A stretch of DNA of 63,986 nucleotides, filler included, from Octopus bimaculoides (Eukaryota), in the NCBI RefSeq assembly GCF_001194135.2. It is 7 parts of 7 records of this genome, joined end to end, with 100 filler letters (N's around TTAATTAATTAA, not from the genome) between each part and the next. Parts side by side here need not be neighbours in the genome. Positions count along the whole stretch, not along the records: positions 6,234 to 21,680 come from NC_068992.1; positions 21,781 to 53,185 come from NC_068982.1; 5 more parts are not named here. One strand, given 5' to 3'. Both the position numbers and the translations under genes were made by a program. This document shows, one piece after another, positions 13,585-26,339 of this stretch. Positions within the stretch are counted from its first letter, which is position 1. Each line of letters starts with the position of its first letter. Below the pieces are notes generated by a model. The model was not told the origin of the DNA. It ran no database searches and saw only the letters and a list, made by a program, of their open reading frames with translations.

Positions 13585-14051
13585 ATAATATTAGGGACAA
13601 AATCCAAAATTACAGGTAAAAAACTCAATTAAAATCAATTTATAAAAAATTAAAATTAAATTGAGCCTTATAGATAAAGTATATATAAAATATATAGTTT
13701 TAGGGAAAATAACCAATTTTCAAGAACTCATCGATGAAAATCCACTATCACATATAGAAAAATTAATAATTAAAAGCACAATAAATGAGTATAATATAAA
13801 GTAAAGTAAATATCATAAGATAAATATAATATAATATAATATAATATAATATTATATTTATCTTATGATATTTACTTTACTTTNNNNNNNNNNNNNNNNN
13901 NNNNNNNNNNNNNNNNNNNNNNNNNNNNNNNNNNNNNNNNNNNNNNNNNNNNNNNNNNNNNNNNNNNNNNNNNNNNNNNNNNNNNNNNNNNNNNNNNNNN
14001 NNNNNNNNNNNNNNNNNNNNNNNNNNNNNNNNNNNNNNNNNNNNNNNNNNN

Positions 14052-14082
<31 letters not shown>

Positions 14083-14616
14083 TGTATATGTGTGTATATA
14101 TGCATACATATATGCATACATATATGCATATGGGTGTAGATACATAAGCATACAGGCGATATAATAGTGCATATACACATTTATATGTATATACGTACGT
14201 GCGTGCATATATCTACATACATGTCTTTCTCCTTTCTGATTCATCAGCCCCCCGCCCACTATCACTTTACCTAGTACAATAAATATATACGTCTATTTTT
14301 AGAAGCTTGACCATTATATCTTATTATTCTTCCCTTTTTTGAGGTTTACTTCTCACTTTAGTACATTCACCCGTACCATTTTCTTTTCCTATCCCTCCAG
14401 CTTGGTGCCTTTCAAAAAAATCACACCATATAAAGGGAAATTCCGCCGTACTTGACTTTGCCTTTAATCCTTTTGGGGTTGATAAAGTACCAGTTGAGTA
14501 CTGGTGTCGATCTAATCGACCTATCCCTCTCATGAAACTGCTGGCCTTGCCCTAAACCTTGAAAGCAACGTGTACCCACACACACACACATACATACATA
14601 CATACATACATATATC

Positions 14617-14707
<91 letters not shown>

Positions 14708-14763
14708 GATAAATGACCTTCTCTGAGATTATGTCTTGAACAGATTATTCAAGATCAAATATG

Positions 14764-15545
14764 TCAATGTGAAGTAATGTCAATGTGAATACCCATCAGA
14801 GTGTAAGTATCTTGAGAGAAAAGCTGAACATTAGAAGCATCAGTTGTGGCGTGCAAGAGAGACGATTGCGCTGGTATGGACATGTGGTGAGAATGGAGGA
14901 GGATAGCTGCGTGAAAAAGTGCCNNNNNNNNNNNNNNNNNNNNNNNNNNNNNNNNNNNNNNNNNNNNNNNNNNNNNNNNNNNNNNNNNNNNNNNNNNNNN
15001 NNNNNNNNNNNNNNNNNNNNNNNNNNNNNNNNNNNNNNNNNNNNNNNNNNNNNNNNNNNNNNNNNNNNNNNNNNNNNNNNNNNNNNNNNNNNNNNNNNNN
15101 NNNNNNNNNNNNNNNNNNNNNNNNNNNNNNNNNNNNNNNNNNNNNNNNNNNNNNNNNNNNNNNNNNNNNNNNNNNNNNNNNNNNNNNNNNNNNNNNNNNN
15201 NNNNNNNNNNNNNNNNNNNNNNNNNNNNNNNNNNNNNNNNNNNNNNNNNNNNNNNNNNNNNNNNNNNNNNNNNNNNNNNNNNNNNNNNNNNNNNNNNNNN
15301 NNNNNNNNNGGTGGCACATAAAAGACACCATTTCGAGCGTGGCCGTTTTCGTGCGGGTGACACGTAAAAGCACCCACTACACTCTCTGAGTGGTTGGCGT
15401 TAGGAAGGGCATCCAGCTGTAGAAACTCTGCCAAATCAGACTGGAGCCTGGTGTTGCCATCCGGTTTCACCAGTCCTCAGTCAAATCGTCCAACCCATGC
15501 TAGCATGGAAAGCGGACGTTAAACGATGATGATGGTGATGATGAA
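14764..15545 (+). mobile_element. RTE LINE 3' end (gapped)
   Basis: Reads LREKLNIRSISCGVQERRLRWYGHVVRMEEDSCVKKC, followed by the family tail ...catgctagcatggaaagcggacgttaaac(gat)n. Confidence 0.88.
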
Positions 15546-15699
15546 ATATGTTCATAGATCAGGTATGTTCAGGGTTTTTGCACTGACAAATCACACAACA
15601 CTGTTGTATAATGAGAGATGACCTGGGGCTAAACAGTAGTAGCAGCAGCAGCAGCAATGACAACAACAAGAACAACGACAAGTTAACTAAATATATTAC

Positions 15700-15807
15700 C
15701 TTGAAATGTGTTTGAATCATTCTTCTGATGGGTGCCAAGCGTACAATTACCAGAAGATTGATCACATTGATGCTGACAAAACGACCCGTAAAAACCTTCA
15801 CGGCATT
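15700..15807 (-). CDS. Truncated EGF-like (MEGF10/SCARF-type) module exon (108 nt, phase 1-1)
   Basis: ttattctacag|AA...CAAG|gtaata. Reads (Q)CREGFYGSFCQHQCDQSSGNCTLGTHQKNDSNTFQ (CxxGFYGxxC motif), in phase with the lectin exon. Confidence 0.75.
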
Positions 15808-16137
15808 CTGTAGAATAAAATGATATATTGATGTATAAAGATAAACTGTTGACGACGGATTGGTTGAAAACTGGCAGCGTCTCATAGGAAGAACATTACT
15901 CACCCAACCATCCTCAATTCTCTTACCCTTGTTTCTTTATTAACTTTATTGTACCTTAAGGATACGCCCTAACACTTCATCTCCACTACTCTTCCTCTTT
16001 TTCCTTTGCCTGGTATCTTGGGCAAGTGTTTTGTACTATAATCTAGGGCCTACCAAAGCCTTGTGAGTGGATTTGGTAAACGGAAACTGAAAGAAACCCG
16101 TCATATATATATATATATATATATTTAATGAGAATTT

Positions 16138-16174
<37 letters not shown>

Positions 16175-17911
16175 CACATATAATGAGAATTTACAAAAAC
16201 AAAACAAAAGACGAAGATGGGTGTGTAAACAACAGACGTATTAGTTTAACGTTCGGGAAGTGAGAAAGTCTTTTACGTTTCGAGCCTACGTTTTTCGAAA
16301 GAAAGAAACACAGAAATAAACAGGGAGAGGAAATAGAAAAAGGTATAATGGCTAGCGATCTATCATGGCGAATGCCGGACAGAGGGGTCACACAGGAGAG
16401 CTAGGGAGAAGGGAATATTAATAAAGTAGTGGTGATCCCAAAACGAAGGTGCGCGTGCGTATGTATGTGCGTGTGGAAGGGGGCTGGTGACATTGACGTA
16501 TGCGTGTGTGCATGTGTAGGAGTGTGGATGATGGTGTAGGTGCTGGGAAGTGGTTAGAGCTAGTGTGTGCGCTGGTGCGGGTGCTGGGAAGTGGTCAGTA
16601 CTAATGTGTGCAGNNNNNNNNNNNNNNNNNNNNNNNNNNNNNNNNNNNNNNNNNNNNNNNNNNNNNNNNNNNNNNNNNNNNNNNNNNNNNNNNNNNNNNN
16701 NNNNNNNNNNNNNNNNNNNNNNNNNNNNNNNNNNNNNNNNNNNNNNNNNNNNNNNNNNNNNNNNNNNNNNNNNNNNNNNNNNNNNNNNNNNNNNNNNNNN
16801 NNNNNNNNNNNNNNNNNNNGTGGTATGGTGGTGTGTGGTGTGGTGGTGTGTAGTGTGGTGGTGTGTGGTGGTGTGTGATGTGGTGTGGTGGTGTTGGGGA
16901 GTTGGGAACGAGCCGGGTTGGGAGGTTGGGTTAGGGAAGAAGCTGTGGACTAAGAGGTCTGGTAGGTTGTGGGTTCGTTTGAAGGAGGGGAGGGGTCGGT
17001 TAGAGATGTGCAAAATACGACAACTTTAACACGAAATAACTTCGTAAAAAGAAACTTTTCTCAACAACGCTAAGAGTAAAAGACGTTCTATAGAAGACAT
17101 ATTCTAGCAGTATACGAAGTTTCAAAGTGTTTAGTTAAAGAAAACTAATTAATAAAGCTGCCCATGAAAAGGAAAAGATCCGGTTTTCATCAATGTAAAG
17201 TTCCTCGGTGAGTAAACTTAAATGTTAGAATAGTTAAGGTAGCAAGTTGGGAAAGTCGTTAAAGCGAAGACAAAACATTCAACATTCTTGGCGGTAGTCT
17301 TCCAGGCTACCTGCGTTCTAAATTCAAGTGTCGACGAGGTCAACTTTCATTTCTTGTTTCCGGAGTCGAAAAAATATCAGACCGGTACTGAATTTCTCCC
17401 CCACCCCTCTCTCTCTCTATATATATATTTATTTATCAGTCTCTTTCTAATGTCTTTGATAGTAACAAGAGACATATCTATAAATGAAAACGTCAATCTT
17501 TCCTCGCTTTCCTCGATGTTATATTTTTCATTCTCTTTCTTTCTTTCTTTTTTTTTTTTGGTTGCACAAAACTTCGCGGCGGAGGACCGTTGAATACATA
17601 CATACGTAAGTATATATAATATGTGCGTGTGTGCATATATTTACTGTGTATGTGTGTGTGTATANNNNNNNNNNNNNNNNNNNNNNNNNNNNNNNNNNNN
17701 NNNNNNNNNNNNNNNNNNNNNNNNNNNNNNNNNNNNNNNNNNNNNNNNNNNNNNNNNNNNNNNNNNNNNNNNNNNNNNNNNNNNNNNNNNNNNNNNNNNN
17801 NNNNNNNNNNNNNNNNNNNNNNNNNNNNNNNNNNNNNNNNNNNNNNNNNNNNNNNNNNNNNNNNNNNNNNNNNNNNNNNNNNNNNNNNNNNNNNNNNNNN
17901 NNNNNNNNNNN

Positions 17912-17942
<31 letters not shown>

Positions 17943-19246
17943 CATATATACAAACACACACACACACACTCACATAACCACACAGTCAGACATATATATA
18001 TATATATGTCTGCATCTAGGTGTGTGTGTGTCTCAGGTTTGATGGTTGTTGAGTCTCAGCAGTTGCCAGAAGTTGAGAATATCTTTTGCTATATTTTGAC
18101 GTAACTTGAGAAACTCTCTTATCAAAAAAGTACTTTAACGTGGGAAAGTCCTGTTGTTAATTATGGTAGTGGTGGCGGCGGTTATGGCGGTAGAGGTGGT
18201 CTTGTGTGCGTGCGCGTGTGTGTGTGTGTACTGATGGTTGAAGTGATGTAAATGTGGTTGTGGTGGTGGCTGTGGTGGTGTCGGTGGTGGTGTCAGTCGT
18301 GGTTATAATGCTGGTTGTGGTCGAGGTTGTGGTAGGGGTAGTGTTGTGTTATGGTGATGGTGGTAGTGGGGGTGATGTGGTGTCATGCATTATTGGTGGT
18401 AATAGTTATAGAGGGGGTGGCCGTGGTGGTTATGACAATGGTGGTTATGTTGTTGTTATTGTTGCAGTCGTGTGCAATGGTGATATTTGCAACAGACACA
18501 CTCAGTAAGCTGTAACATGAGAGCTATAATCAGCTGCTGCCTAAGTTCAATATGTAGGCCTACAAAACGAAAGAATGGCTCCAAAGCGAAATGACTTACT
18601 TCCGAACAATCATGGACTCGACACGACTTTATTGTCCGATAAACGTATACTTTAGATCTGATTTAGATTAGTTAATGACCATGATTGTTGCTATAATCAG
18701 ATTGTCTTACAGGAAACTAATGTTTTAAAAGACTTCAGTGAAGAGTAAACTATTTCCGTTGGTGATAAGAGAGTGTGGGGGTCAGAGGGGATGACGATTT
18801 TTTACGAGAATGGATCGGAGACATCATCCTCCTCCTTTGTCTAGGTCGAAAATATTGTTAGATGATTTGATAGACCATGATATCATCAACCTACTTTCAC
18901 AGGTCAATGGTGTATAAAAAAAACTCTTTTGATAGATCGAAGATATATCGTGAAGCGTATGCACAGATTGGAGATATCACCAATCGCTTTTTATGGAACA
19001 TTGTATTCAGTTTTAACTCCATTTGTACCACCACCACCACCACTACCGCCGCCACCGCCGCCGCCACAGAATAACAATGCTATCTCGCTATCTACTAGAA
19101 ACAGTGACGAAATCTCTCAGAAACACGCTTCTACGCTCTTAGAAAACGACATATTAAATAATCTGTTTCTGAATTGCCTGTACACTGGAAAATGATGGAG
19201 TGGTCACAGCCAGAATGCCTACAGTCATAGGTTTGCTTCATCGTAG

Positions 19247-19279
<33 letters not shown>

Positions 19280-19528
19280 GCAACAACACTGGCAACAGCA
19301 GCAGCAGCAAAGTGGAAACATTTCTGATCGCTCCATCCACTAGAAATAGTAATCAAAGCAATTTGCCCTCCAAATTACATATTCTATAGCTTGAAAGAGA
19401 AAAGACACGTTGCAATGATACGATGTTGGTATACTACTCGTATGTCTAAGTCTAAAATCAGATTGGTCATGGTTAGAATGTACTTCATCATAGGTATGGT
19501 CTCTGAGCTGAGGCTAAACAGCAGCAGC

Positions 19529-19589
<61 letters not shown>

Positions 19590-19709
19590 AGACATTCTGT
19601 AAGATTCAAAGATATTTGTTTATGAAACACAAAAGAGTAACATTGTTGCATGATATATTGTGACGGGAATATAACAAAGAAGAAAGAAAACGAACACGAA
19701 GCTACTTAC

Positions 19710-19892
19710 GGATGACTTCTACTTCACACAAGGACAAAGAGGCGTATTTCTTGGCTGTTTGGATACAAACACTTTCACCAACCAACGGACGTTGACAAGA
19801 TATATAAAGAATACTTTCAGTTGACTTGCTTTTGTAGCATAACTGGGAACATGGATTGTTTTTGTCCCCGACAAATACATTCAAACTGTAAA
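19710..19892 (-). CDS. F-type lectin domain, C-terminal half exon (183 nt, phase 1-1)
   Basis: tttccattag|TT...ATCC|gtaagt. Reads (L)YSLNVFVGDKNNPCSQLCYKSKSTESILYISCQRPLVGESVCIQTAKKYASLSLCEVEVI, ending in the hallmark LSLCEVEV. The acceptor was chosen for phase compatibility; a second AG lies 7 nt downstream. Confidence 0.83.
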
Positions 19893-20499
19893 CTAATGGA
19901 AATAAATGACTAAAGTAGAACCTTGCTGCTTATGCATTTTAAACAAATATATTTTTGGTCTGTCAAGAGGTGAAGTCAGTGTTTAGAAAGATTAAAATGA
20001 TTTGATTTCAGAAACGTAAATTAATTCCACTGCAGATTGAGTACAGAAATGTGAGGTAGAGTGTCGTTTTAAGGTATGGACAGTCTGGGCAATTGCCCAG
20101 AGATCGTCATAGGTCAATGGGTCCATTTCGGATCTATGTGGCTTGCCAATAAATAATTACTAATGGACCCCGTGCATTGATTTGCCCGGGGGTAAATCAT
20201 TGCTACCAAGATAGCCCTGGTGAGGTATGAAATAACATGCAATAAAGCATTAAGTTATGTTACTTTACAACCATGTATGTTATCAATGAATAGTGGTTTA
20301 CTTTCTTTTAAACAACAAATAGGAATTTATATCAACATGTAGTGTTTAAAAGGGGGGGGGGTGTAAAAATTATCTTCTTTTCACAAAGCAACTATGTCGT
20401 TGTGTATTGTGGGAGCAACAGTTGATAAGACAACAGTAAAAGTATGGCGTGAACGCAGATATAGCAGTTAAGCAGTTCACTTCACCGAATGAAGACAGT

Positions 20500-20810
20500 G
20501 GAAAAGCTCATCATTGAAGCTCTATTTGCAGATTACTATGTTCTGATGGCACACAAGGAAAATTACCGTAGTCCATTGTCGACCGGTTTGCAGAAGCGTC
20601 AAAGCTCTTTAGACTGAAACATCAGCCTTGAGAAAACGGAAGTCGTTGTCAAAGCAGTCCCCCGAACGAAATTCGTCACCAGGCAAACATCACCGCTGAC
20701 GAAGTCCAGCTGAAGTGTTTTGAGAGATTCAAGTACCTTGGCTGCACAATTTCAGGCGATGGATCACTGGACAGCGAAATCTCTTCCAGAATCCACTAGG
20801 ACAGCCAAGG
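20500..20810 (+). mobile_element. RTE/BovB-like RT fragment
   Basis: Remnants ALFADY, SLEKTEVV and FKYLGCTISGDGSLDSEISSRI. Confidence 0.7.
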
Positions 20811-20869
20811 ACTTGGAAGACAGACATACACAAATATATGCATGAATATATGTATTTATCTGTATGCAC

Positions 20870-20926
<57 letters not shown>

Positions 20927-21254
20927 CGTGCTTGTGTGTGCGTGTAGATCGGTGTGGGGCCGATATAATGGGTTAAAATATTGAAGGCGGTGCTCCAGCA
21001 AAGCCGCAGTCTTATGACGAAAAAAGACTTACAAACACAGAAAACACTGATTTCAAATAATGACACAGCGCCACAGATTTCGTGCGGAGTAGTGATGGGG
21101 GTAGCGGCAGTAAATTATATTCACAACCTCCACCCGGACTTGACTAAAGCCACCCGGATACTTTGCGCGTATTGATTGAATAAATTGACAGTTTTACTTT
21201 AGGTTGGTACTGCTACTTAAGGTATACCACATAACTGCCTGTGGTGACAACACA

Positions 21255-21317
<63 letters not shown>

Positions 21318-21380
21318 CACCACATCCACAACTACTAAACAATCTGTGTTTTGCCTGTGGTTAAAAAGTTCTCTACTTAC

Positions 21381-21632
21381 GGAAGAAACTGTGAGTGTAT
21401 ATCCTAATCTGGTTTATAGTATAATTCCTGTCCAGTTTCACATACCAATAACTTTTGCTGGGTTTTTCCTTCGTGCGACTACACGACTTGTGCTGGAAGT
21501 TTTGGTTGTATTTGCCATCCACAGCAAAACTTGCTGTGGCCAAATACTTGGAGCTGCAAAGGTTGTCACCATCCAGGAAATTAACTTCAAAATCAGACGA
21601 CTGGAAAGCTGGTCGCCCAAGGGCAATATTTT
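21381..21632 (-). CDS. F-type lectin (FTP/fucolectin) domain, N-terminal half exon (252 nt, phase 1-1)
   Basis: atatttcag|AA...TTCC|gtaagt. Reads (E)NIALGRPAFQSSDFEVNFLDGDNLCSSKYLATASFAVDGKYNQNFQHKSCSRTKEKPSKSYWYVKLDRNYTINQIRIYTHSFF. Matches the NxALGxPxxQSS / AVDG / CxxT / WxVxL / IxIY pattern. Confidence 0.85.
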
Positions 21633-21680
21633 CTGAAATATTACATTAAATAATTATGTCAATAAATGTTTCAAATAATC

Positions 21681-21780
21681 NNNNNNNNNNNNNNNNNNNN
21701 NNNNNNNNNNNNNNNNNNNNNNNNTTAATTAATTAANNNNNNNNNNNNNNNNNNNNNNNNNNNNNNNNNNNNNNNNNNNN
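21681..21780. other. Artificial scaffolding linker 44N-TTAATTAATTAA-44N; also at 6134-6233, 53186-53285, 55339-55438, 57134-57233 and 62706-62805
   Basis: Six identical 100-bp gaps, each centred on a 12-mer with stops in all six frames. Confidence 0.95.
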
Positions 21781-22140
21781 GACAACGTTTCCCTAAAAGA
21801 AATGGAAAAACTTTCAAAATACAAAGACCTGGAAATAGAGGTAACTCGAATGTGGAATCTAAAAACAGAAACAATTCCTATCATAGTAGGTGCCTTAGGT
21901 ATAATAAAAAAATATTCAGACAAATACATAACAAAAACACCAGGACTTACAAATATATATAACATACAGAAAATTGCACTACTGGGCACTGCACACATCC
22001 TATGCAAAACACTTTCAATACAGTAACCATAAGAGCATCACAGCAAACCACAGCACATACCCAAGGTGCACAGAGCTGCGCTCGGTAGTGAAGTGAAAGC
22101 ACGTTATAAAAATAAAACTACTGAACAATTATAATAATAA
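21781..22140 (+). mobile_element. R4/Dong-like LINE 3' end (restriction-like endonuclease C-terminus)
   Basis: Reads EKLSKYKDLEIEVTRMWNLKTETIPIIVGALG...IQKIALLGTAHILCKTL*, then 3' UTR and an (AAT)n tail. Confidence 0.8.
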
Positions 22141-22344
22141 TAACAATAACCCTTTCTAAAAAAAGATAGACACAAGGCCTGAAATTCCTCCAGTGCTCAA
22201 GTGTTACTTATTTCATCAACCCTGAAAGGTTGAAAGGCAAAGTCAACCTTGGAAGAATTTGAATTCAGAATGTAAAGACAGATGAAATGCCACTAAGCAT
22301 TTCATCTGGTGAAGTAGTGATTCTGGCAGTCCACTGCCTTGATG

Positions 22345-25230
22345 ACGATGATGATGATCATCATCATCCTCATCGTTTCATGTCCGTTTTCCATGTTGGC
22401 ATGGGTTGGATGGTTTGACACGGAGCTGACCAGCTGAGGAGCTGTCCAGACTCCAATTGTCTGTTGTGGCATGGTTTCTATGGCTAGACGTCCTTCCTAA
22501 TGCCAACCACTTTATAGAGTGTGCTGGGTGCTTTTTATGTGCCACCAGTATAGGTGTGTTCATGCAGTACTGACACGAGTGCATGTTATGTGGTGCTGGC
22601 ACCTGTAAAGGACATGCCTGTAGGTATGGATGACTGCGATTTTACTTAACTTGACATGTCTTCTCAAGTGCAGTAAATTACCACAACTCCCAGTCCCTTG
22701 TCATTTCCTCAGTGAGGTCCAGCATCCAAAGATCCTTTTTCACCATTTTGTCCCATGTTTTCCTGGGTCTATCCCTTCCACAGGTTTCTGCCATAATTAG
22801 AGCTCAGCACTCCTTTACACAGCTATCCTCATCTATACACATCACATGACCAAACCAGTTCAGTCATCTCTCTTGCACACAACATCTGACGCCTATTATA
22901 CTCAGTTTTCCTCTTAAATCATTTACACTCTGTTGTGTGCACACTGACATTATCCATCCAGCAGAGCATGCTAGCTTCATTACTTTCAAGCCATCGCAAG
23001 TCTTCTGTGGTCACAACCCATGTTTCACTGCTGTGGAGCATAGCTGTACATACAGAGGCATCATACAATCTGCCTTTCATTCTGGGAGAGAGGCCCTTAG
23101 TTACAAAGGTAGAAGCTCTCTGAACTTTGACCAGCCTGTTCTTATTCTAACAATTACACTTTCAGAACCCTCCCCCATTACTAAATTGGTTCATAGATAA
23201 CAGAAGCTATCTACTACTTCTAATGATACCCCAAGCATTTGAGGCAGTCTATTGTCTGCACATTTTCAGTACATATTGTGCCAACACATTTGCCATTCAC
23301 AAAGACTATTTTTTCTGTTAACCTTCCTGTGATACTGCTACACTTCATGTGTCCAAAGCTTGCACTGGGTATAACTTATGGAGTTTCTACCAATACCCTT
23401 CTTACATATCGAGCAGGGTCATCTCCTTGAAGGGACTTGTCTGTTTTCCTATTTACTATGACTTTGGTTTTTGCTAAATTAACTCTAAGGCCCTTAAATT
23501 TCAGGCTTTGCTTCCACACTTAAAATTTCTTCTCTATGTCAGGTGTTGATTCAACTATAAGAACAAGGTCATCAGCGTAGAGGAGCTCCCAGGGACAGTC
23601 AGTCTTGTATTCTTCTGTTATGGCCTGCAGGACTATGATAAACAAGACGGGGCTGACAACTGATGCTTGGTGAACTTCTAGCTGTACTTTAAATTCATTG
23701 CTATACTTGTTGCTAACCTTCACTTTACTGACAGCATCCCTGTACATGGCTTGTACAGTTCTCACAAACCACTCGTCTATCCCTAGCTTCCACATAGATC
23801 ACCAGATAAGGGAGCAGAGGACCCTGTCAAAAGCTTTCTCTATATCGATAAAAGCCAAGTACAGGAGTTTATTTTTGTCTAAATACTCCTCCTGCAGTTG
23901 CCCTATGAGGAACATAGCATCAGTTATGCCTCTCCTAGGCATGAAACCAAACTGCATCTCAACACTTTTCCTAATTTAAGCTACAACCCTCTCTGTAACT
24001 TTCTTACCTGGTCCAGCAGTTTGATATCTCTAATTATTTCTGCCTAAGGCATCACCTTTATCTTTGTAGCAACTGACTATGGTGCTGCTACACCACTCGT
24101 TGGGTATGACTCCTTCATGGACAACCCGATTAACTATATAGATGACTAGGCCATATCCAACTCCACCAGATATTTTAAGCATATCAGCAGTGATTCCTGA
24201 TGGGCTGGGGGGCTTTCCTTGTTTTCATATTCTTAATTGCTTTATCTACCAAGCTACTGTCAATTTGGATAGCTAGTCCCTCTGTTGAGTCTACATTAGG
24301 TAGACTCTCCTTTTCCCATGCATTCTCTACATTTAGCAGCCTTTCACAATGACATTTCCAAGCTTCCTTCTTTGCAGAATCACTAACTGCAAGTAAACCA
24401 TCATCCATGTGGACACATTTCTTTCCTATGACATCACAATTTTCTCTCATACACTGTTTTGCAATCTGAAACACATCAAGTTTCTGGTCCTCGAATCAAA
24501 GAACATTGGCAAACTTCTTTTCTGCTTCTCCCCTGGCTACAAAGCTTCCCTTCTGGCTATCTGGTACAGTTCCCTGCTATCACCACACTTCCAGTCCTCC
24601 CAGGTCTTTTTCTTTTCCCTAATGGCCCTGACAACTACACTGTTCTACCATCATGTCACCTGAGGTCAAGAAGGGACTGTGCTAGCCACAAATTTGGTCT
24701 GTGGCCCTTAGCAGGTTGTCCTGTAGGAACCTCCAGTTGTCCTTCACGTTATATTTCACTATATCCTCCTCTCTTTCATCAAATGCTTCAAGTAACAAGT
24801 CTCTAAATCTTTGATCATTCAGAGGATCCTTAAGCTTCCAGACCTTTCTTTTCCACACTGGTTGTCTTCTAGGCAGCCTTCTAGCCTTTGATTCTGAAGT
24901 TGCTAACTACTAATCTATGTTGAGTGGTGAATTCTTCAACTGGGAAAGTTTTGACATTTATAAGCAACCATCTTTCCTATTTTCTGACAAGAAGGTAATC
25001 AATCTGACTAATTTCCCACCAGATTTATAGGTTAATAGGTGACTAGCAGGTTTCCTGAAGTCAGTATTGCAGATCATAACATCATTTGCATCACAGAACT
25101 CCAGCAGTCAGGTTCCCTCTTCATTGCAGGAACTGACTCCATTGCCACCATGCACACCATGGAAGCCACCTGAAAATTGCCCAACATGTCCATTGAAATT
25201 ACCAGCCACAAACAGAAGGTCACTGTCATT
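22345..25230 (-). mobile_element. Decayed RTE LINE (endonuclease end, RT, 3' tail)
   Basis: Fragments VHQASVVSPVLF, PWELLYADDLVL and AWKCHCERLLNVENAWEKESLPN. A (CAT)n tail lies at about 22345-22375. Confidence 0.9.
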
Positions 25231-25283
25231 TGTCAACGACAACAACGATAATAATAACCTGTTGAGTATTAAAGAATACTTAC

Positions 25284-25355
25284 TGTTAATTTTTTTTGAA
25301 GATCATGGCATTCTCGTTCCAAAACATCTTTAGTGCCATACATGAAGTAACACAC
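25284..25355 (-). CDS. DGKE: DGK epsilon accessory-domain exon (72 nt, phase 0-0)
   Basis: ctttatag|GTG...TTAACA|gtaagt. Reads VCYFMYGTKDVLERECHDLQKKLT. The YGTKD..ECxDL pattern is characteristic of the epsilon subtype. Confidence 0.9.
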
Positions 25356-25499
25356 CTATAAAGAACAGAATTGTTAAAGAATGCAATTAGAGACTTAAGG
25401 GAAGAGATTTGAGTCCATGAGAATAACAAAATTATGAAATTGTATTAATGTTGCCTGTTATTAGTCTGCAGTCAACTGTTAACCAATATATATCCTGGA

Positions 25500-25823
25500 A
25501 AGGTGCAGGCATGTCTGTTAGGTAAGAAGTTTGTTTCTTAACCACGTGGTTCTGGATTTATGTATGTATATATGTATGTGTGTAAGTGTATGTATGTTTA
25601 TATCTCCTTGTCTTGCCATCACATGATAGTTATACATGAGAGTCACTGTCATACAAGCAATGTTATTAGTTTCTAATATTGTGGAAACATGTCTGGCCAT
25701 GGGAGAATATTACTTTGCTTGGAATCAGGTGAGGTTTGGTGACAGCGAAGGCATCTGACCATAGAAAATCTACTTGAGTAAACTGCATCCAGATCATGCA
25801 AGCATGGAAAATTGGACATTAAA

Positions 25824-25862
<39 letters not shown>
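25500..25862 (+). mobile_element. tRNA-derived SINE with an RTE-like 3' tail
   Basis: tRNA-like head (ggtaagaagtttg...aaccacgtggttc). The tail ...catgcaagcatggaaaattggacattaaaat(gat)n resembles the RTE tail. Confidence 0.65.
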
Positions 25863-25864
<2 letters not shown>

Positions 25865-26339
25865 AAGAAAGTATATAAATATCATTATATATATATAAAC
25901 TCTCGGCTCCATCAGTCACGAATGGTCATGGGTGCAGCTAAGAGGTTCCCCTCTGGGGTACAAGTCTGGGTAGAAAGTCACATCACTAGTGTAGTTTTGT
26001 TTTTTTATGGAAGACCAGTAGTCGCCCATGCATACCAGCCTCTCCTCTCCACGCCACCAATGTTATCCAAAGGAAAGGCAAAGGCTGATACAGCTTAGCA
26101 CCATTGACATTGCAACTCATTTCTACAGCTAAGTGAACTGGAGCAACATGAAATAAAATGTCTTGCTCAAGAACACAACATGCAGCTTCATCCAGAAATC
26201 AAACTCACAACCTCACAATCATAAGCTTGATGCTCTAACCACTGATCCATACGCCTTCATATTATATATATATAATGTTAAATAAAATGAGACAACAAAG
26301 CCAAGGCAGAGTGAAATTTCAAGAGGGCATTAAATCCTC

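Noticed and set aside
16255-16305. Second hammerhead-like motif on the minus strand (...gtaggctcGAAAcGTAaaagac)
   Set aside because: The CUGANGA box is absent (cgaaaaa), so at best this is a decayed PLE remnant.
19380-19512. Open minus-strand frame PQLRDHTYDEVHS... with a YDEV tyrosine motif
   Set aside because: It lies between two extracellular exons, is out of phase with them, and has no convincing donor.
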